Both the position numbers and the translations under genes were made by a program. DNA of 64,000 nt from contig JAJFVL010000046.1 of the NCBI GenBank assembly GCA_021371855.1, positions 161,979 through 225,978 on the forward strand. The letters are read 5' to 3'. The stretch's first letter is position 1. The number at the start of each line of letters is the position of its first letter. Under the pieces are notes generated by a model, which had not been told where the DNA came from, did no database searches, and saw only the letters and a list, made by a program, of their open reading frames with translations. Positions 35,908-46,045 of the stretch are shown one piece after another. Origin of the DNA: Bacteroidales bacterium (GTDB lineage Bacteria; Bacteroidota; Bacteroidia; Bacteroidales; VadinHA17).

Positions 35908-38058
35908 ATGAAAAATTTGATTGCAGTTTTAATGATCCTTGTCCTCAGCATTGGATTTAAGGCAAAAGCTGATGAAGGTATGTGGCTGTTGCCTCTCATC
36001 GAAAAATTAAACATTGGGAAAATGACTGAAATGGGTCTTAAGCTTTCTGCAGAAGACATTTACAGCCTCAATAAAGCAAGTATTAAAGATGCTATCGTTA
36101 TCTTCGGTGGCGGATGTACCGGGGAGATAGTCTCTTCACAAGGTTTGTTACTTACAAATCACCATTGCGGGTATAGCTCTATCCAGTCTCATAGTACGGT
36201 TGAACACGATTACCTCCGCGATGGATTCTGGGCTATGTCGAAGGAAGAAGAACTTCCAAACCAGAACCTTGCCGTTACTTTCCTTGTAAGGATTGAAGAT
36301 GTGACAGACCAGGTTCTTGCAGACGTAAAAGAGGGGATGAGTGAAAAAGACCGCACATCTGCAATAAATGATGCACGTCAGGCTATTGAGAAAAAAGCCG
36401 TTGAAGGAAATAATTACAGAGCACAAGTTGGAAGCTTCTATGGCGGAAATTATTTCTACCTTCTTGTCTACGAGAGATATAACGATGTCAGGTTAGTGGG
36501 AACACCTCCTTCATCCATCGGAAAGTTCGGTTTCGATACCGACAACTGGGAATGGCCTCGTCACACCGGAGACTTCAGTGTGTTCCGTGTTTATTCCGGG
36601 CCAGATGGAAAACCGGCTTCATATTCAAAAGAAAACATTCCCCTGAAACCAAAGCATTATCTTCCTGTTTCAATAAAAGAACTTAACAAAGGTGATTTCA
36701 CAATGATCCTGGGATACCCCGGAAGGACCACGCGATATATGACATCATTTGAAATAAATGAACAGTTACAGATCTCACATCCCGACAGGATTAAAATACG
36801 TGGAATAAAACAGGATATCTGGATGAAAGATATGAGAGCCGACGAGAAGGTAAATATCCAGTATTCATCAAAATATTCCGGTTCCTCAAACTACTGGAAA
36901 TTTTCAATCGGGCAGAAAGGCAGCCTTGAGAAACTTAATGTGAAAGCAAAGAAAGAGGAGCTTGAAAACCAGTTTAATAAATGGGTAGCTGAAAATCCTG
37001 ATCGAAAAGCAAAATACGGGGAAGCCCTTAATATGATCAAAACAGCAACCGAAGGCAGAGCGGAATATTATAATGCCATGCAATACCTGAACGAGTGTTT
37101 GCAGGGATGCGAGCTACTTACCATGAACAGAGGTATTTCAGCCCTGATCACTGCGCTCAGATCAGAGGATGATCAGAAAATTAAAGAGGCAGTTGCACAA
37201 ATTAAGGAAAACGGTGACAGTTTTTATAAAGATTATAATCCCCCCACAGATAATAAATCTATGAAAGCGATGATGAAGCTCTACAGAGCTGACGTTCCTG
37301 CAAAATTCCTGCCTGATTTTTATACCAAAATAATTGACAAAAAATTTAAAGGTGACATTGACAAATATGTTGATGACATGTTTGCCAGATCAATATTTGT
37401 CAGTGAGGAGAGACTGAACGCCTTCCTCAATAAACCTGTTCTTAGAATACTTGAAAAAGAGCCCGTTTATCTTACGACTTCTTCAATAGTTAAGACTGCA
37501 TCTGAAGTATCAAAAGGATTATCGCAGTATGAAACTGGACTCTCAGCCGGAAAAAGACTCTGGATTGCTGCTTTAATGGAGATGGCCCCTGAGAAAATAC
37601 AGTTCCCTGATGCAAACTCAACAATGCGTATGAGTTACGGAACTATTCAGGATTATGATCCCAGAGATGCTGTCACCTATAAATATTACTCTACCCTTCA
37701 GGGCATTGTGGAAAAGTATAAACCAGGTGATTATGAATTCGACGCTCCCAGTCGGCTTCTTGATCTTAACAAGAAGAAAGAGTATGGAAGATATGGTTCA
37801 TCAAGGGGTTACATGCCTGCCTGCTTCCTTACAACCAACGACATTACCGGTGGTAATTCGGGAAGCCCGGTAATGAACGGCAACGGTGAATTAATTGGCC
37901 TGGCTTTCGACGGGAACTGGGAATCAATGAGCGGCGATATCGCTTACGAACCTGAACTTCAGAGAACAATAGTTGTCGATATCCGTTATGTACTCTGGGT
38001 GATGGATGTATATGCCGGAGCAACTCACCTTGTTAATGAGATGACTATAGTTCAATAA
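35908..38058 (+). CDS. S46 family dipeptidyl-peptidase (DPP7/DPP11 family)
   Basis: Signal peptide then DEGMWL. Catalytic His in LLLTNHHCG and Ser in TGGNSGSPV. 716 aa. Confidence 0.9.
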   Translation: MKNLIAVLMILVLSIGFKAKADEGMWLLPLIEKLNIGKMTEMGLKLSAEDIYSLNKASIKDAIVIFGGGCTGEIVSSQGLLLTNHHCGYSSIQSHSTVEHDYLRDGFWAMSKEEELPNQNLAVTFLVRIEDVTDQVLADVKEGMSEKDRTSAINDARQAIEKKAVEGNNYRAQVGSFYGGNYFYLLVYERYNDVRLVGTPPSSIGKFGFDTDNWEWPRHTGDFSVFRVYSGPDGKPASYSKENIPLKPKHYLPVSIKELNKGDFTMILGYPGRTTRYMTSFEINEQLQISHPDRIKIRGIKQDIWMKDMRADEKVNIQYSSKYSGSSNYWKFSIGQKGSLEKLNVKAKKEELENQFNKWVAENPDRKAKYGEALNMIKTATEGRAEYYNAMQYLNECLQGCELLTMNRGISALITALRSEDDQKIKEAVAQIKENGDSFYKDYNPPTDNKSMKAMMKLYRADVPAKFLPDFYTKIIDKKFKGDIDKYVDDMFARSIFVSEERLNAFLNKPVLRILEKEPVYLTTSSIVKTASEVSKGLSQYETGLSAGKRLWIAALMEMAPEKIQFPDANSTMRMSYGTIQDYDPRDAVTYKYYSTLQGIVEKYKPGDYEFDAPSRLLDLNKKKEYGRYGSSRGYMPACFLTTNDITGGNSGSPVMNGNGELIGLAFDGNWESMSGDIAYEPELQRTIVVDIRYVLWVMDVYAGATHLVNEMTIVQ

Positions 38059-38113
38059 GAGAGAGTGTTTGCCATTAATTTTTAGTGATTATCTTTACAA
38101 AAAATTCTGAGTT

Positions 38114-38698
38114 ATGCATTTGAGTTTACGTGAGATATTGGCATCATTCATGGTTTTATTTGCTATCATTGATATAACTGGTTCTATACCCATAATCCTT
38201 GACATTAAGAGCAAAACAGGAACAGTTGAACCTGAAAAAAACACTTTTGTTTCTTTTGGTATATTTTTCGCTTTTCTATTCATCGGCAGTCCTTTACTCG
38301 GCATATTTGGAATTGATGTATCATCATTTGCCATAGCAGGTTCTTTCATTATCTTCCTTATTGCAATGGAGATGATCCTTGGGATTGAACTTTTTAAGCA
38401 AGATGCCAGTTCCGGAGGATCGATCGTCCCGATTGCCTTCCCTCTGATAGCAGGGGCAGGATCAATAACTACCATCCTTTCATTAAAGGCTGAATATTTT
38501 ACAATCAATATCTTTATTGCCCTTCTCCTTAATATGATAATTGTATACCTCGTGCTCAGACTTACCGGTGTGTTCCAGAAATTTCTCGGTAATGCCGGAT
38601 TACAGCTCCTCAAAAAGGTGTTTGGGGTTATTCTTCTGTCAATTGCAATAAAACTCTTTATCACCAACACAGGTATAATTTTGCCTCATGGCATGTAA
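38114..38698 (+). CDS. MarC family (UPF0056) integral membrane protein
   Basis: FMVLFAIIDITGSIPIIL N-terminus, 6 TM segments. The antisense ORF 38095..38670 is rejected. Confidence 0.8.
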   Translation: MHLSLREILASFMVLFAIIDITGSIPIILDIKSKTGTVEPEKNTFVSFGIFFAFLFIGSPLLGIFGIDVSSFAIAGSFIIFLIAMEMILGIELFKQDASSGGSIVPIAFPLIAGAGSITTILSLKAEYFTINIFIALLLNMIIVYLVLRLTGVFQKFLGNAGLQLLKKVFGVILLSIAIKLFITNTGIILPHGM

Positions 38699-39179
38699 TA
38701 TCACGATATATACCGATGGCGCTTCGAGTGGAAATCCCGGCCCAGGAGGATATGGTGTGGTCCTGATTTCGGGGAAACACCGGCTCGAAAAATCAGAAGG
38801 ATACAGGTATACCACTAATAACAGGATGGAACTTATGGCTGTTATTGCCGGTCTTGAAGCTCTGAAAATTCCCGGTAGCAATGTAGTCGTTTACACTGAT
38901 TCAAAATACGTCGCAGATTCTGTCGAGAAAGGATGGGTATTCCAGTGGGAATCAAAGACTTTCAAAAATAAAAAGAATCCCGACCTCTGGATAAGATTTC
39001 TTAAATCATACCGGAAGCACAACGTAAAGTTTGTCTGGATAAAAGGACATGCCAACAATCCTGAGAATGAGCGTTGCGACAAGATGGCGGTTGAAGCTTC
39101 ATCAAAGGATCTCCTGATTGAAGATCCTGGATATAACCTTGATACAGATAATACGATATTGTATCCGGGATCGGATTGA
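38688..39179 (+). CDS. rnhA: Ribonuclease HI
   Basis: ITIYTDGASSGNPGPGGYG, NNRMEL, TDSKYV and KGHANNPENERCD motifs. Confidence 0.95.
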   Translation: MACNITIYTDGASSGNPGPGGYGVVLISGKHRLEKSEGYRYTTNNRMELMAVIAGLEALKIPGSNVVVYTDSKYVADSVEKGWVFQWESKTFKNKKNPDLWIRFLKSYRKHNVKFVWIKGHANNPENERCDKMAVEASSKDLLIEDPGYNLDTDNTILYPGSD

Positions 39180-39238
39180 TCAGAAAATGTTTTGTAATTG
39201 ATAAAATATTAATGCATTTTTGCAAAAACAGCCTATTG

Positions 39239-39649
39239 ATGCAAAAATTTTATGCCGCCTCAACACTCACTACTCCGGAGATTTGTTTTTCTCCTGAAGA
39301 AAATATTTTTCTGATAAGGGGTACTTCCGCTCCGGAAGATGTCCGTGCTATTTATTATCCGGTTATAGAATGGATATCTCTTTTTATTGATGAAGTCATC
39401 CAGGGGAAGATTAATCACTATTCTCCTGAGCTGCCCCTGAAATTTCAGACTGATCTGAACTATTTTAATTCATCATCGGCTAAATTCATTTATGATATAT
39501 TTTTGAAGCTGAAACAGCTTAAATCTGCAGGAGTTCCGGTGATTATTGAATGGTTTTACGAAGAAGAAGATATTGATCTCAGGGAGGCAGGTGCAGATAT
39601 CGCAATGCTCGTCAATATGGAATTTACTTTTATCCCTAAAAGCAAGTAA
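39239..39649 (+). CDS. DUF1987 (SiaC-like) domain protein
   Basis: TPEICFSPEENIFLIRGTSAPEDVRAIYYPVIEWI...LNYFNSSSAKFIYDIF...IEWFYEEEDIDLREAG matches the DUF1987 pattern. The start is chosen at MQKFYAAS; the ORF track extends to a TTG at 39176. Confidence 0.65.
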   Translation: MQKFYAASTLTTPEICFSPEENIFLIRGTSAPEDVRAIYYPVIEWISLFIDEVIQGKINHYSPELPLKFQTDLNYFNSSSAKFIYDIFLKLKQLKSAGVPVIIEWFYEEEDIDLREAGADIAMLVNMEFTFIPKSK

Positions 39650-39655
39650 CAGAGG

Positions 39656-40150
39656 ATGAGGGGTCAGAAAGAACTTTATGAGCTTCTGGAAAAGCTGTCA
39701 ATTAAGTTTGAATATCACGAACACCCGCCACTTGCCACAATTGAAGATGCCAGAATCCACTGGAAAGACTACAATTCAGGAAGATGCAAAAACATTTTCT
39801 TTCGTAATCATAAAGGAGACCGGCACTATCTGGTTATCCTCGAACACCTCCAACAGCTTGATATAAAAGACCTGGAAAAGAAGCTCAGGCAGGGAAAACT
39901 TACCTTTGCTTCCGATCAGCGGCTTAAAAGATATCTTGGTCTCGAACCCGGATCAGTATCTCCTTTCGGACTTATTAATGACAGGGAGAAACATGTTCAT
40001 CTCTTTATTGATGAAAAACTTAAAGAATCCGATCGTCTTGCATTTCATCCGAACATAAATACCGCCACACTTGTTATTTCTAGATCAGATTTCCTGAAAT
40101 TCCTGGAGTATACAGGCAATACATTTGAATTTATCAAAATGTATGAGTAA
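39656..40150 (+). CDS. Prolyl-tRNA synthetase-associated (YbaK/ProX-type) deacylase domain protein
   Basis: HPPLATIEDA...CKNIFFRN...GSVSPFGLIND pattern, 164 aa. Confidence 0.7.
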   Translation: MRGQKELYELLEKLSIKFEYHEHPPLATIEDARIHWKDYNSGRCKNIFFRNHKGDRHYLVILEHLQQLDIKDLEKKLRQGKLTFASDQRLKRYLGLEPGSVSPFGLINDREKHVHLFIDEKLKESDRLAFHPNINTATLVISRSDFLKFLEYTGNTFEFIKMYE

Positions 40151-40236
40151 GGAGAGGATACTGATAAAATAAATAAAATCGATTCCGTCTGCAACAAAAA
40201 GCTTTGAAGATCGTCCTTATTCAAAAAACCTCAGGA

Positions 40237-42885
40237 ATGAAGACTTTTATGAAATTACTGATTACATCCGCTATATTAATTCTTTTGGTCACCTCTGTAT
40301 CCTCCGGGCAGACACCTGTAAAGAAACAGTTTAAGGCAACTCAGATATCAACACCTCCTGCAATTGACGGAATCCTTGATGAAGATATCTGGCAATCGGG
40401 CAGCTGGGTCGACGATTTCATACAATATGAACCATATAACGGCAGTAAATCATCGCAAAAAACCGGGTTTACCATCCTGTTTGATGAAGATAATCTTTAT
40501 GTAGCTTTCAAAGCTTACGACACCAACCCTGACAGTATTGTAAACCGTCTTACCCGTCGTGATGACGCTGACGGAGAGCAAGTTGCAATAATTATCGATA
40601 GTTTTCATGATCTCCGGACCGGCTTTCTTTTCGGAGTAAGCTCGGCAGGTGTTAAGTTCGATCAGATGTTCACCGACGATGGCCAGGACCAGGATGCATC
40701 GTGGGACCCTAACTGGTGGGTAAAAACTTCTCTTAACAATGAAGGATGGGTCGCGGAGATGAAAATTCCATTTAACCAGCTCAGATTCGATAAGAATTCC
40801 GGGGATGTATGGGGGCTCGAAATGTACAGGAAACTTTACCGGAAGAATGAGACTAGTTTATGGCAGCATATACCAAAAGATGCCCCGGGGTTAATTCATT
40901 TGTTTGGAGACCTTGACGGGCTTGAAAAGATCAAACCGCATAAAATTCTTGATATAACACCCTATGGCGTTGCACAAGCTGAAACGTTTAAAGCAGAACC
41001 CGACAATCCCTTTACAAAGGATGGGAAGAAGTTCGGACTAAACGGTGGAATAGACGCAAAAATCGGAGTCACAAACAACATGACAATGGACCTTACCATT
41101 AATCCTGATTTCGGACAGGTGGAAGCTGACCCCTCAGAAGTAAACCTCACTGCTTACGAAACATTTTTTGCGGAAAAAAGACCTTTCTTTATTGAAGGCA
41201 ATAACATAACAAACTTTAATATTGGTGTCGGCGATGGTAATGTTGGCAACGATAACCTTTTCTATTCCAGACGTATAGGCAGAAATCCGCATGGTGATCC
41301 TGACCTCGAGGAAGGGTGGCATTCTGATGTTCCAAAATTCACCCCTATTCTGGGAGCAGCCAAGCTGACGGGTAAAACAAAAGATGGACTCTCTGTCGGA
41401 TTTGTTGAAGCCGTAACTTCTGAAGTAGAAGCCAGAGTAGATACAGCAGGAGGAAGAATATCAGAAAATGTCGAACCCCTTACAAACTACCTTGTAGGAA
41501 GGGTCCAGAGAGATTTTAAAGAGGGCAATACAATACTTGGAGGCATCTTCACAAGTACCAACAGGAATCTGGATGACAATCTGGCAAGTTTTATGCACAA
41601 ATCAGCATATACCGGAGGACTCGATTTCACCCAGTATTTCAGGGATAAGAAATGGATGTTTAACCTCAATGCTGCAATGAGCCAGGTGAATGGAACAAAG
41701 GATGCCCTGAAGAATACCCAGATGTCCTCAGCAAGATATTATCAGCGTCCCGATAATGATTACACCAGATTCGATACTACCCGGACTTCTCTCACCGGTT
41801 CAGGTGGAAGAATGCAGATACAAAAACTTGACGGACATTTTAATATGATGGGAGTTATTTCATGGAAAACTCCCGGATTTGAAACCAACGACATTGGCTA
41901 TCTCCGTGAAGCCGACCAGATACTCTCTGTATTCTGGGTGGGCTACCATCAGTGGAATCCGAAAGGAATTTACAGAAATTATAATATAAACACGGATGTT
42001 TATGCACTCAACAATTTTGGCGGGGACCTGACAGGCAAAGGTTTTGAATTTAACATGAACATGACCCTTAAAAACTTCTGGGAAGTTCAAATAGGTGGCA
42101 ATCTGGAAGGTTCTAACCTTTCAAATGGGAAACTGCGCGGTGGGTCTATGATGAAATTGCCCGGAGATATAAATGTCTTTGGATGGATATCAACTGACCG
42201 CCGGAAAAAACTTGTCACTGAGTTTTCATTCCAAACATTAAAAGGTTTTCAGAACAATTCCAGCGGATATAACTGCAAAATGGAATTGGAATACAAACCA
42301 ACTAATTTTATCTCTTTCAATATCAGTCCGGCATACAGCAAGTCATTCAACGATCTTCAATACGTAACAAAAGTCACTTACAATGGTAACGATAAATACA
42401 TTTTTGCCAGCATCAACCAGAAGACCTTAAGTGCATCTTTAAGAGCTAACCTTAATGTGAGTCCCGATCTTACCCTCCAGTATTGGGGACAACCATTCAT
42501 CTCTTCGGGAAAGTATTACGATCACAAATATATTATTGACCCTCTGGCAAATGAGTACAGTGACAGATTCCATACCTATTCCATCGGGGAAATTACTTAC
42601 GATACCGATCATTACAATATTGACCAGAATGCTGATAGCAATAGCGATTACACAATTGATAACAAGAGCTTCAACGTACAGGAATTCCTTTCAAACCTTG
42701 TTATCCGATGGGAATATAATCCTGGATCAACAATATACCTTGTCTGGAGCCAGACAAGAAGCTATTCAGGTAAAATCGGGACAATGGATGTATTCGACAA
42801 CCTGGGTGATCTGTTTGATAAAGACAACAACACCCCTCACAATATGTTTCTTATAAAGTTCAGTTACCGCTTCAGCTTAAATTAA
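40237..42885 (+). CDS. Exported CBM9-like / DUF5916 family protein, probably an outer-membrane beta-barrel
   Basis: Signal peptide from MKTFMKLL. N-terminal IDGILDEDIWQ...ILFDEDNLYVAFKAY carbohydrate-binding-like module. Long beta-rich C-terminus ending FSYRFSLN. Confidence 0.6.
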   Translation: MKTFMKLLITSAILILLVTSVSSGQTPVKKQFKATQISTPPAIDGILDEDIWQSGSWVDDFIQYEPYNGSKSSQKTGFTILFDEDNLYVAFKAYDTNPDSIVNRLTRRDDADGEQVAIIIDSFHDLRTGFLFGVSSAGVKFDQMFTDDGQDQDASWDPNWWVKTSLNNEGWVAEMKIPFNQLRFDKNSGDVWGLEMYRKLYRKNETSLWQHIPKDAPGLIHLFGDLDGLEKIKPHKILDITPYGVAQAETFKAEPDNPFTKDGKKFGLNGGIDAKIGVTNNMTMDLTINPDFGQVEADPSEVNLTAYETFFAEKRPFFIEGNNITNFNIGVGDGNVGNDNLFYSRRIGRNPHGDPDLEEGWHSDVPKFTPILGAAKLTGKTKDGLSVGFVEAVTSEVEARVDTAGGRISENVEPLTNYLVGRVQRDFKEGNTILGGIFTSTNRNLDDNLASFMHKSAYTGGLDFTQYFRDKKWMFNLNAAMSQVNGTKDALKNTQMSSARYYQRPDNDYTRFDTTRTSLTGSGGRMQIQKLDGHFNMMGVISWKTPGFETNDIGYLREADQILSVFWVGYHQWNPKGIYRNYNINTDVYALNNFGGDLTGKGFEFNMNMTLKNFWEVQIGGNLEGSNLSNGKLRGGSMMKLPGDINVFGWISTDRRKKLVTEFSFQTLKGFQNNSSGYNCKMELEYKPTNFISFNISPAYSKSFNDLQYVTKVTYNGNDKYIFASINQKTLSASLRANLNVSPDLTLQYWGQPFISSGKYYDHKYIIDPLANEYSDRFHTYSIGEITYDTDHYNIDQNADSNSDYTIDNKSFNVQEFLSNLVIRWEYNPGSTIYLVWSQTRSYSGKIGTMDVFDNLGDLFDKDNNTPHNMFLIKFSYRFSLN

Positions 42886-42943
42886 AAAGCAGATACTTAC
42901 CACACATAATAAGAAAACTAAAAACTAATGTAATCCGGTTCAA

Positions 42944-44056
42944 CTATTTTTCAGCTGACAACTTCTGTATTTCGCCAAATAATGCTTTAAAACATTTTAC
43001 CGGTGTATTCTCTCCATTTTCCGGTTTTCTCCCGTAATAATTATCAAGAAATTGCCCTGCACCCGACCATACTGTCTGCATCATCCCCATATAATGATCT
43101 TTTGTTTCGGAAGTTGCATATTTCCTGAACTTCACCATGTCCTGTGTCTGGAGCACTGCATTTGCCGGAACCCTCCACGGACATGTAATAACATTTAAGC
43201 CTTTCATTGCAAAAATAACCGGAGTCTGATCGGGCCGTTCATAGTGCCAGTCGCAAATAACTATATCTTTAGGGACCATGTCAATAGCTCTGTAAGTATT
43301 ATTATAACTGCCTTCCCATTCACCTATTCCTGTTGTCTTCCCATCAATCAGCCGGTCGCCCCATATCCACAGTTTCCGCCCTTTTAATGACAGGTGATCT
43401 CTTATAATGCGCACCTCCCCTGCAAAAAGTTCTGCCTTATCCTTTCCAGAACAACGCGGACATTGTTTTTCTCCGATATAAAATACTTCATCCATCCCTG
43501 CATGGAAAGCATCAGACTCGAATGCATCGCATATCTCATCAACGATATCAAAAACAACTTTATGTACATCAGGGTTAAGGGGGCAATAACTTTTGCAGTA
43601 TAGCCCGTCAGCATTCGGCCATTCATATTTCTCTGGCATCTTAACAAGCGGCGTCTCATCAAATTCAGGATAGACCCTTAATAAATTCCCCGGCTTACCC
43701 GCCCATGATTGATGCCCCAGAAGGTTTACCTGTGGAATAATACTTATATTGTGTTTTTTGCATACTGCCACAAGTTTCTTAACATCCTTTTTTGATAAAG
43801 CAACTGAATCCCTCAGTTCGGAGTGACTCTCATACTTGAAATTATAATCAACCCTCAGAATGAGAACATTTACCGACCTCGGAGCAAGTTCTTCATCAAT
43901 GAACTTAATGAACTCATCAAGTTCAGCAGGTCGTGGTGCAGATATACAGAAACCCCGAACGGGTAAAACGTCAGGTTCAGCTGATGATCCTGAAATTATC
44001 TGCGCCGGGGCAATACAACTTATTGCGAAAAGGAAGAGTATTATAATATTTTTCAT
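42944..44056 (-). CDS. Exported GH20-like glycoside hydrolase (hexosaminidase-type TIM barrel)
   Basis: Signal peptide from MKNIIILF. NLLGHQSW and the FHAGMDEVF (H-x-G-x-D-E) catalytic-type motif. The ORF extends to 44104. Confidence 0.55.
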   Translation of the reverse strand: MKNIIILFLFAISCIAPAQIISGSSAEPDVLPVRGFCISAPRPAELDEFIKFIDEELAPRSVNVLILRVDYNFKYESHSELRDSVALSKKDVKKLVAVCKKHNISIIPQVNLLGHQSWAGKPGNLLRVYPEFDETPLVKMPEKYEWPNADGLYCKSYCPLNPDVHKVVFDIVDEICDAFESDAFHAGMDEVFYIGEKQCPRCSGKDKAELFAGEVRIIRDHLSLKGRKLWIWGDRLIDGKTTGIGEWEGSYNNTYRAIDMVPKDIVICDWHYERPDQTPVIFAMKGLNVITCPWRVPANAVLQTQDMVKFRKYATSETKDHYMGMMQTVWSGAGQFLDNYYGRKPENGENTPVKCFKALFGEIQKLSAEK

Positions 44057-44299
44057 ACGTTTAAATTTTAATATAACATTGTTGACTATTGTAAAGATAT
44101 TCAATTTACAATTTGATTTGATAACAAAGCATCATCCTTAATGAAAAGTAATTTGTGTGACAATTATTCCGCAGATGTTGAAATATCAATGGAAATTCTT
44201 TTTATTGCCATCCGCGGATGTAATTCAAACAAAAAATAAAAAGATGCAATCGGGGTAAAGAGATAAGCAGCCATGGCATTGTGTCAAATTTTTATCAAA

Positions 44300-44307
44300 T
44301 ATCTTTG
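44300..44307 (+). promoter_or_regulatory. Candidate -7 box (TATCTTTG) for fba
   Basis: Exact TATCTTTG 53 nt upstream of ATG 44360. Confidence 0.4.
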
Positions 44308-44359
44308 CAGCTAAGCCTAAAATAACGATCTTTATTGGCTCATTTAATAACAATAAATT

Positions 44360-45331
44360 ATGATACATTATAAAGAACTAGGATTAGTGAATTCGAGAGA
44401 ATTGTTTAAGGATGCTGTGAAAGGAGGATATGCTATTCCTGCTTTCAACTTCAACAATCTTGAACAAATGCAGGCAATTATCGGCGCCTGTGTGGAGACA
44501 AAATCTCCGGTGATTCTTCAGGTATCAAAAGGTGCACGTCAATATGCCAACCAGACTTTACTGCAATATCTTGCCAAAGGTGCTGTAGAATATGCAAAAG
44601 AACTTGGTTATGCAATTCCAATTGTATTGCATCTCGATCATGGCGATTCATTTGAAACATGCAAATCATGTATCGAACACGGTTTTTCTTCAGTGATGAT
44701 CGATGGGTCAAGTCTTCCTTATGAAGAAAATGTAAAGGTGACCAAACAGGTTGTTGAGTATGCTCATCAATTCGACGTCACTGTTGAAGGTGAATTAGGT
44801 GTACTGGCCGGTATTGAAGATGAAGTATCAGCTGAACATTCAACATATACAAGACCTGAAGACGTTGAAGACTTTGTGAAAAAAACAGGAGTTGACTCTC
44901 TTGCCATTTCTATCGGGACTTCACATGGTGCTTTCAAATTCAAAGTAAAACCCGGGGAACTTCCTCCTCCTCTGCGTTTCGACATCCTTGAAGAATGTGA
45001 AAAACGTATTCCGGGCTTCCCGATTGTTCTTCATGGTGCCTCTTCAGTACCTCAGGATATCGTGGCCGAGATCAATAAATATGGCGGAAAAATGGAAAAC
45101 ACAGCCGGTGTCTCTGAAGATCAGTTACGTAAGGCTGCAAAATCAGCAGTTTGTAAAATCAACATCGACAGCGATGGCCGGCTTGCAATGACAGCCGCTA
45201 TCCGCAAGGTTTTTGTTGAAAAACCCGGAGAGTTCGACCCTCGTAAATACCTGGGACCAGCCCGCGACAAACTGAAAGAACTTTATAAACATAAAACCAT
45301 AGATGTTTTAGGCAGCGCCGGTAAGGCATAA
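44360..45331 (+). CDS. fba: Class II fructose-1,6-bisphosphate aldolase
   Basis: YAIPAFNFNNLEQ, LHLDHG, GELG and SIGTSHGAFKF motifs. Confidence 0.95.
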   Translation: MIHYKELGLVNSRELFKDAVKGGYAIPAFNFNNLEQMQAIIGACVETKSPVILQVSKGARQYANQTLLQYLAKGAVEYAKELGYAIPIVLHLDHGDSFETCKSCIEHGFSSVMIDGSSLPYEENVKVTKQVVEYAHQFDVTVEGELGVLAGIEDEVSAEHSTYTRPEDVEDFVKKTGVDSLAISIGTSHGAFKFKVKPGELPPPLRFDILEECEKRIPGFPIVLHGASSVPQDIVAEINKYGGKMENTAGVSEDQLRKAAKSAVCKINIDSDGRLAMTAAIRKVFVEKPGEFDPRKYLGPARDKLKELYKHKTIDVLGSAGKA

Positions 45332-45360
45332 AAAATAACCTGAAACAATTTAACAGACAA

Positions 45361-45395
45361 ACACCCTTCAGAATCCTGAAGGGTGTTTTGTTTTT
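45361..45395 (+). terminator. Rho-independent terminator after fba
   Basis: ACACCCTTCAG-AATC-CTGAAGGGTGT (perfect 11-bp stem) followed by TTTGTTTTT. Confidence 0.85.
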
Positions 45396-45598
45396 ATAAT
45401 GATAAAGAGGAACACAAGCTTCCTTTATTGCCAACATATGCAAAGTATTCTGACCCGCTCCTGAAATAATCCTTTTCGATTTAAGAACAATTATTAATTT
45501 TATGCAGCAATCAGATAAATTGTAAATGTATTATTTCCTTAAATAAAGTCTGGCGTTTATTAAATTATTAAACTACCTGTGGTTCTGAATTTCGTTTT

Positions 45599-45877
45599 AT
45601 GATAGATTTTGTTAAAACATATTTTATATACTTTTTGATTTTCTCATCAATTGCAGAGATTACGACAAAAACAATTCTAAAAAAGAAAGGCTTTCCGGTA
45701 AGGATATTAAACAATGAGATTAATGAAATAAAAAATCTATTTTCATTAATTAAAATTGAACAGGACTTTTTGACAAAAAAGCTCTTTCAGATTTTACTTG
45801 GACTATATGTATTTATAATTGTAAGTTTTATTGGCTGGATAATTTTGATTGCATTTATAGTATTTATTAAGGCTTAA
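45599..45877 (+). CDS. Hypothetical small membrane protein (2-3 TM)
   Basis: ORF in a very AT-rich gap. Hydrophobic N- and C-terminal segments. No family recognised. Confidence 0.3.
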   Translation: MIDFVKTYFIYFLIFSSIAEITTKTILKKKGFPVRILNNEINEIKNLFSLIKIEQDFLTKKLFQILLGLYVFIIVSFIGWIILIAFIVFIKA

Positions 45878-46045
45878 TTAATCTTATTGTTAGCTGACAA
45901 TTACCGTCCAACCGTTATGGGCCATTTCATAACTTTTGAATATCTTTAAAATAAATTAATAACCAGATTTATATCACAGACATTAAACATTACTTAAATT
46001 GTACTAAAAAGAAACTATTTTATTAATAACTAAGGATAAAAAGCT

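Noticed and set aside
38095-38670. 191-aa ORF antisense to the MarC gene
   Set aside because: It mirrors almost the whole marC frame. Its composition is Ile/Arg/Asn/Pro-rich and has no motifs, whereas the plus-strand product has the MarC N-terminal signature and regular TM helices.
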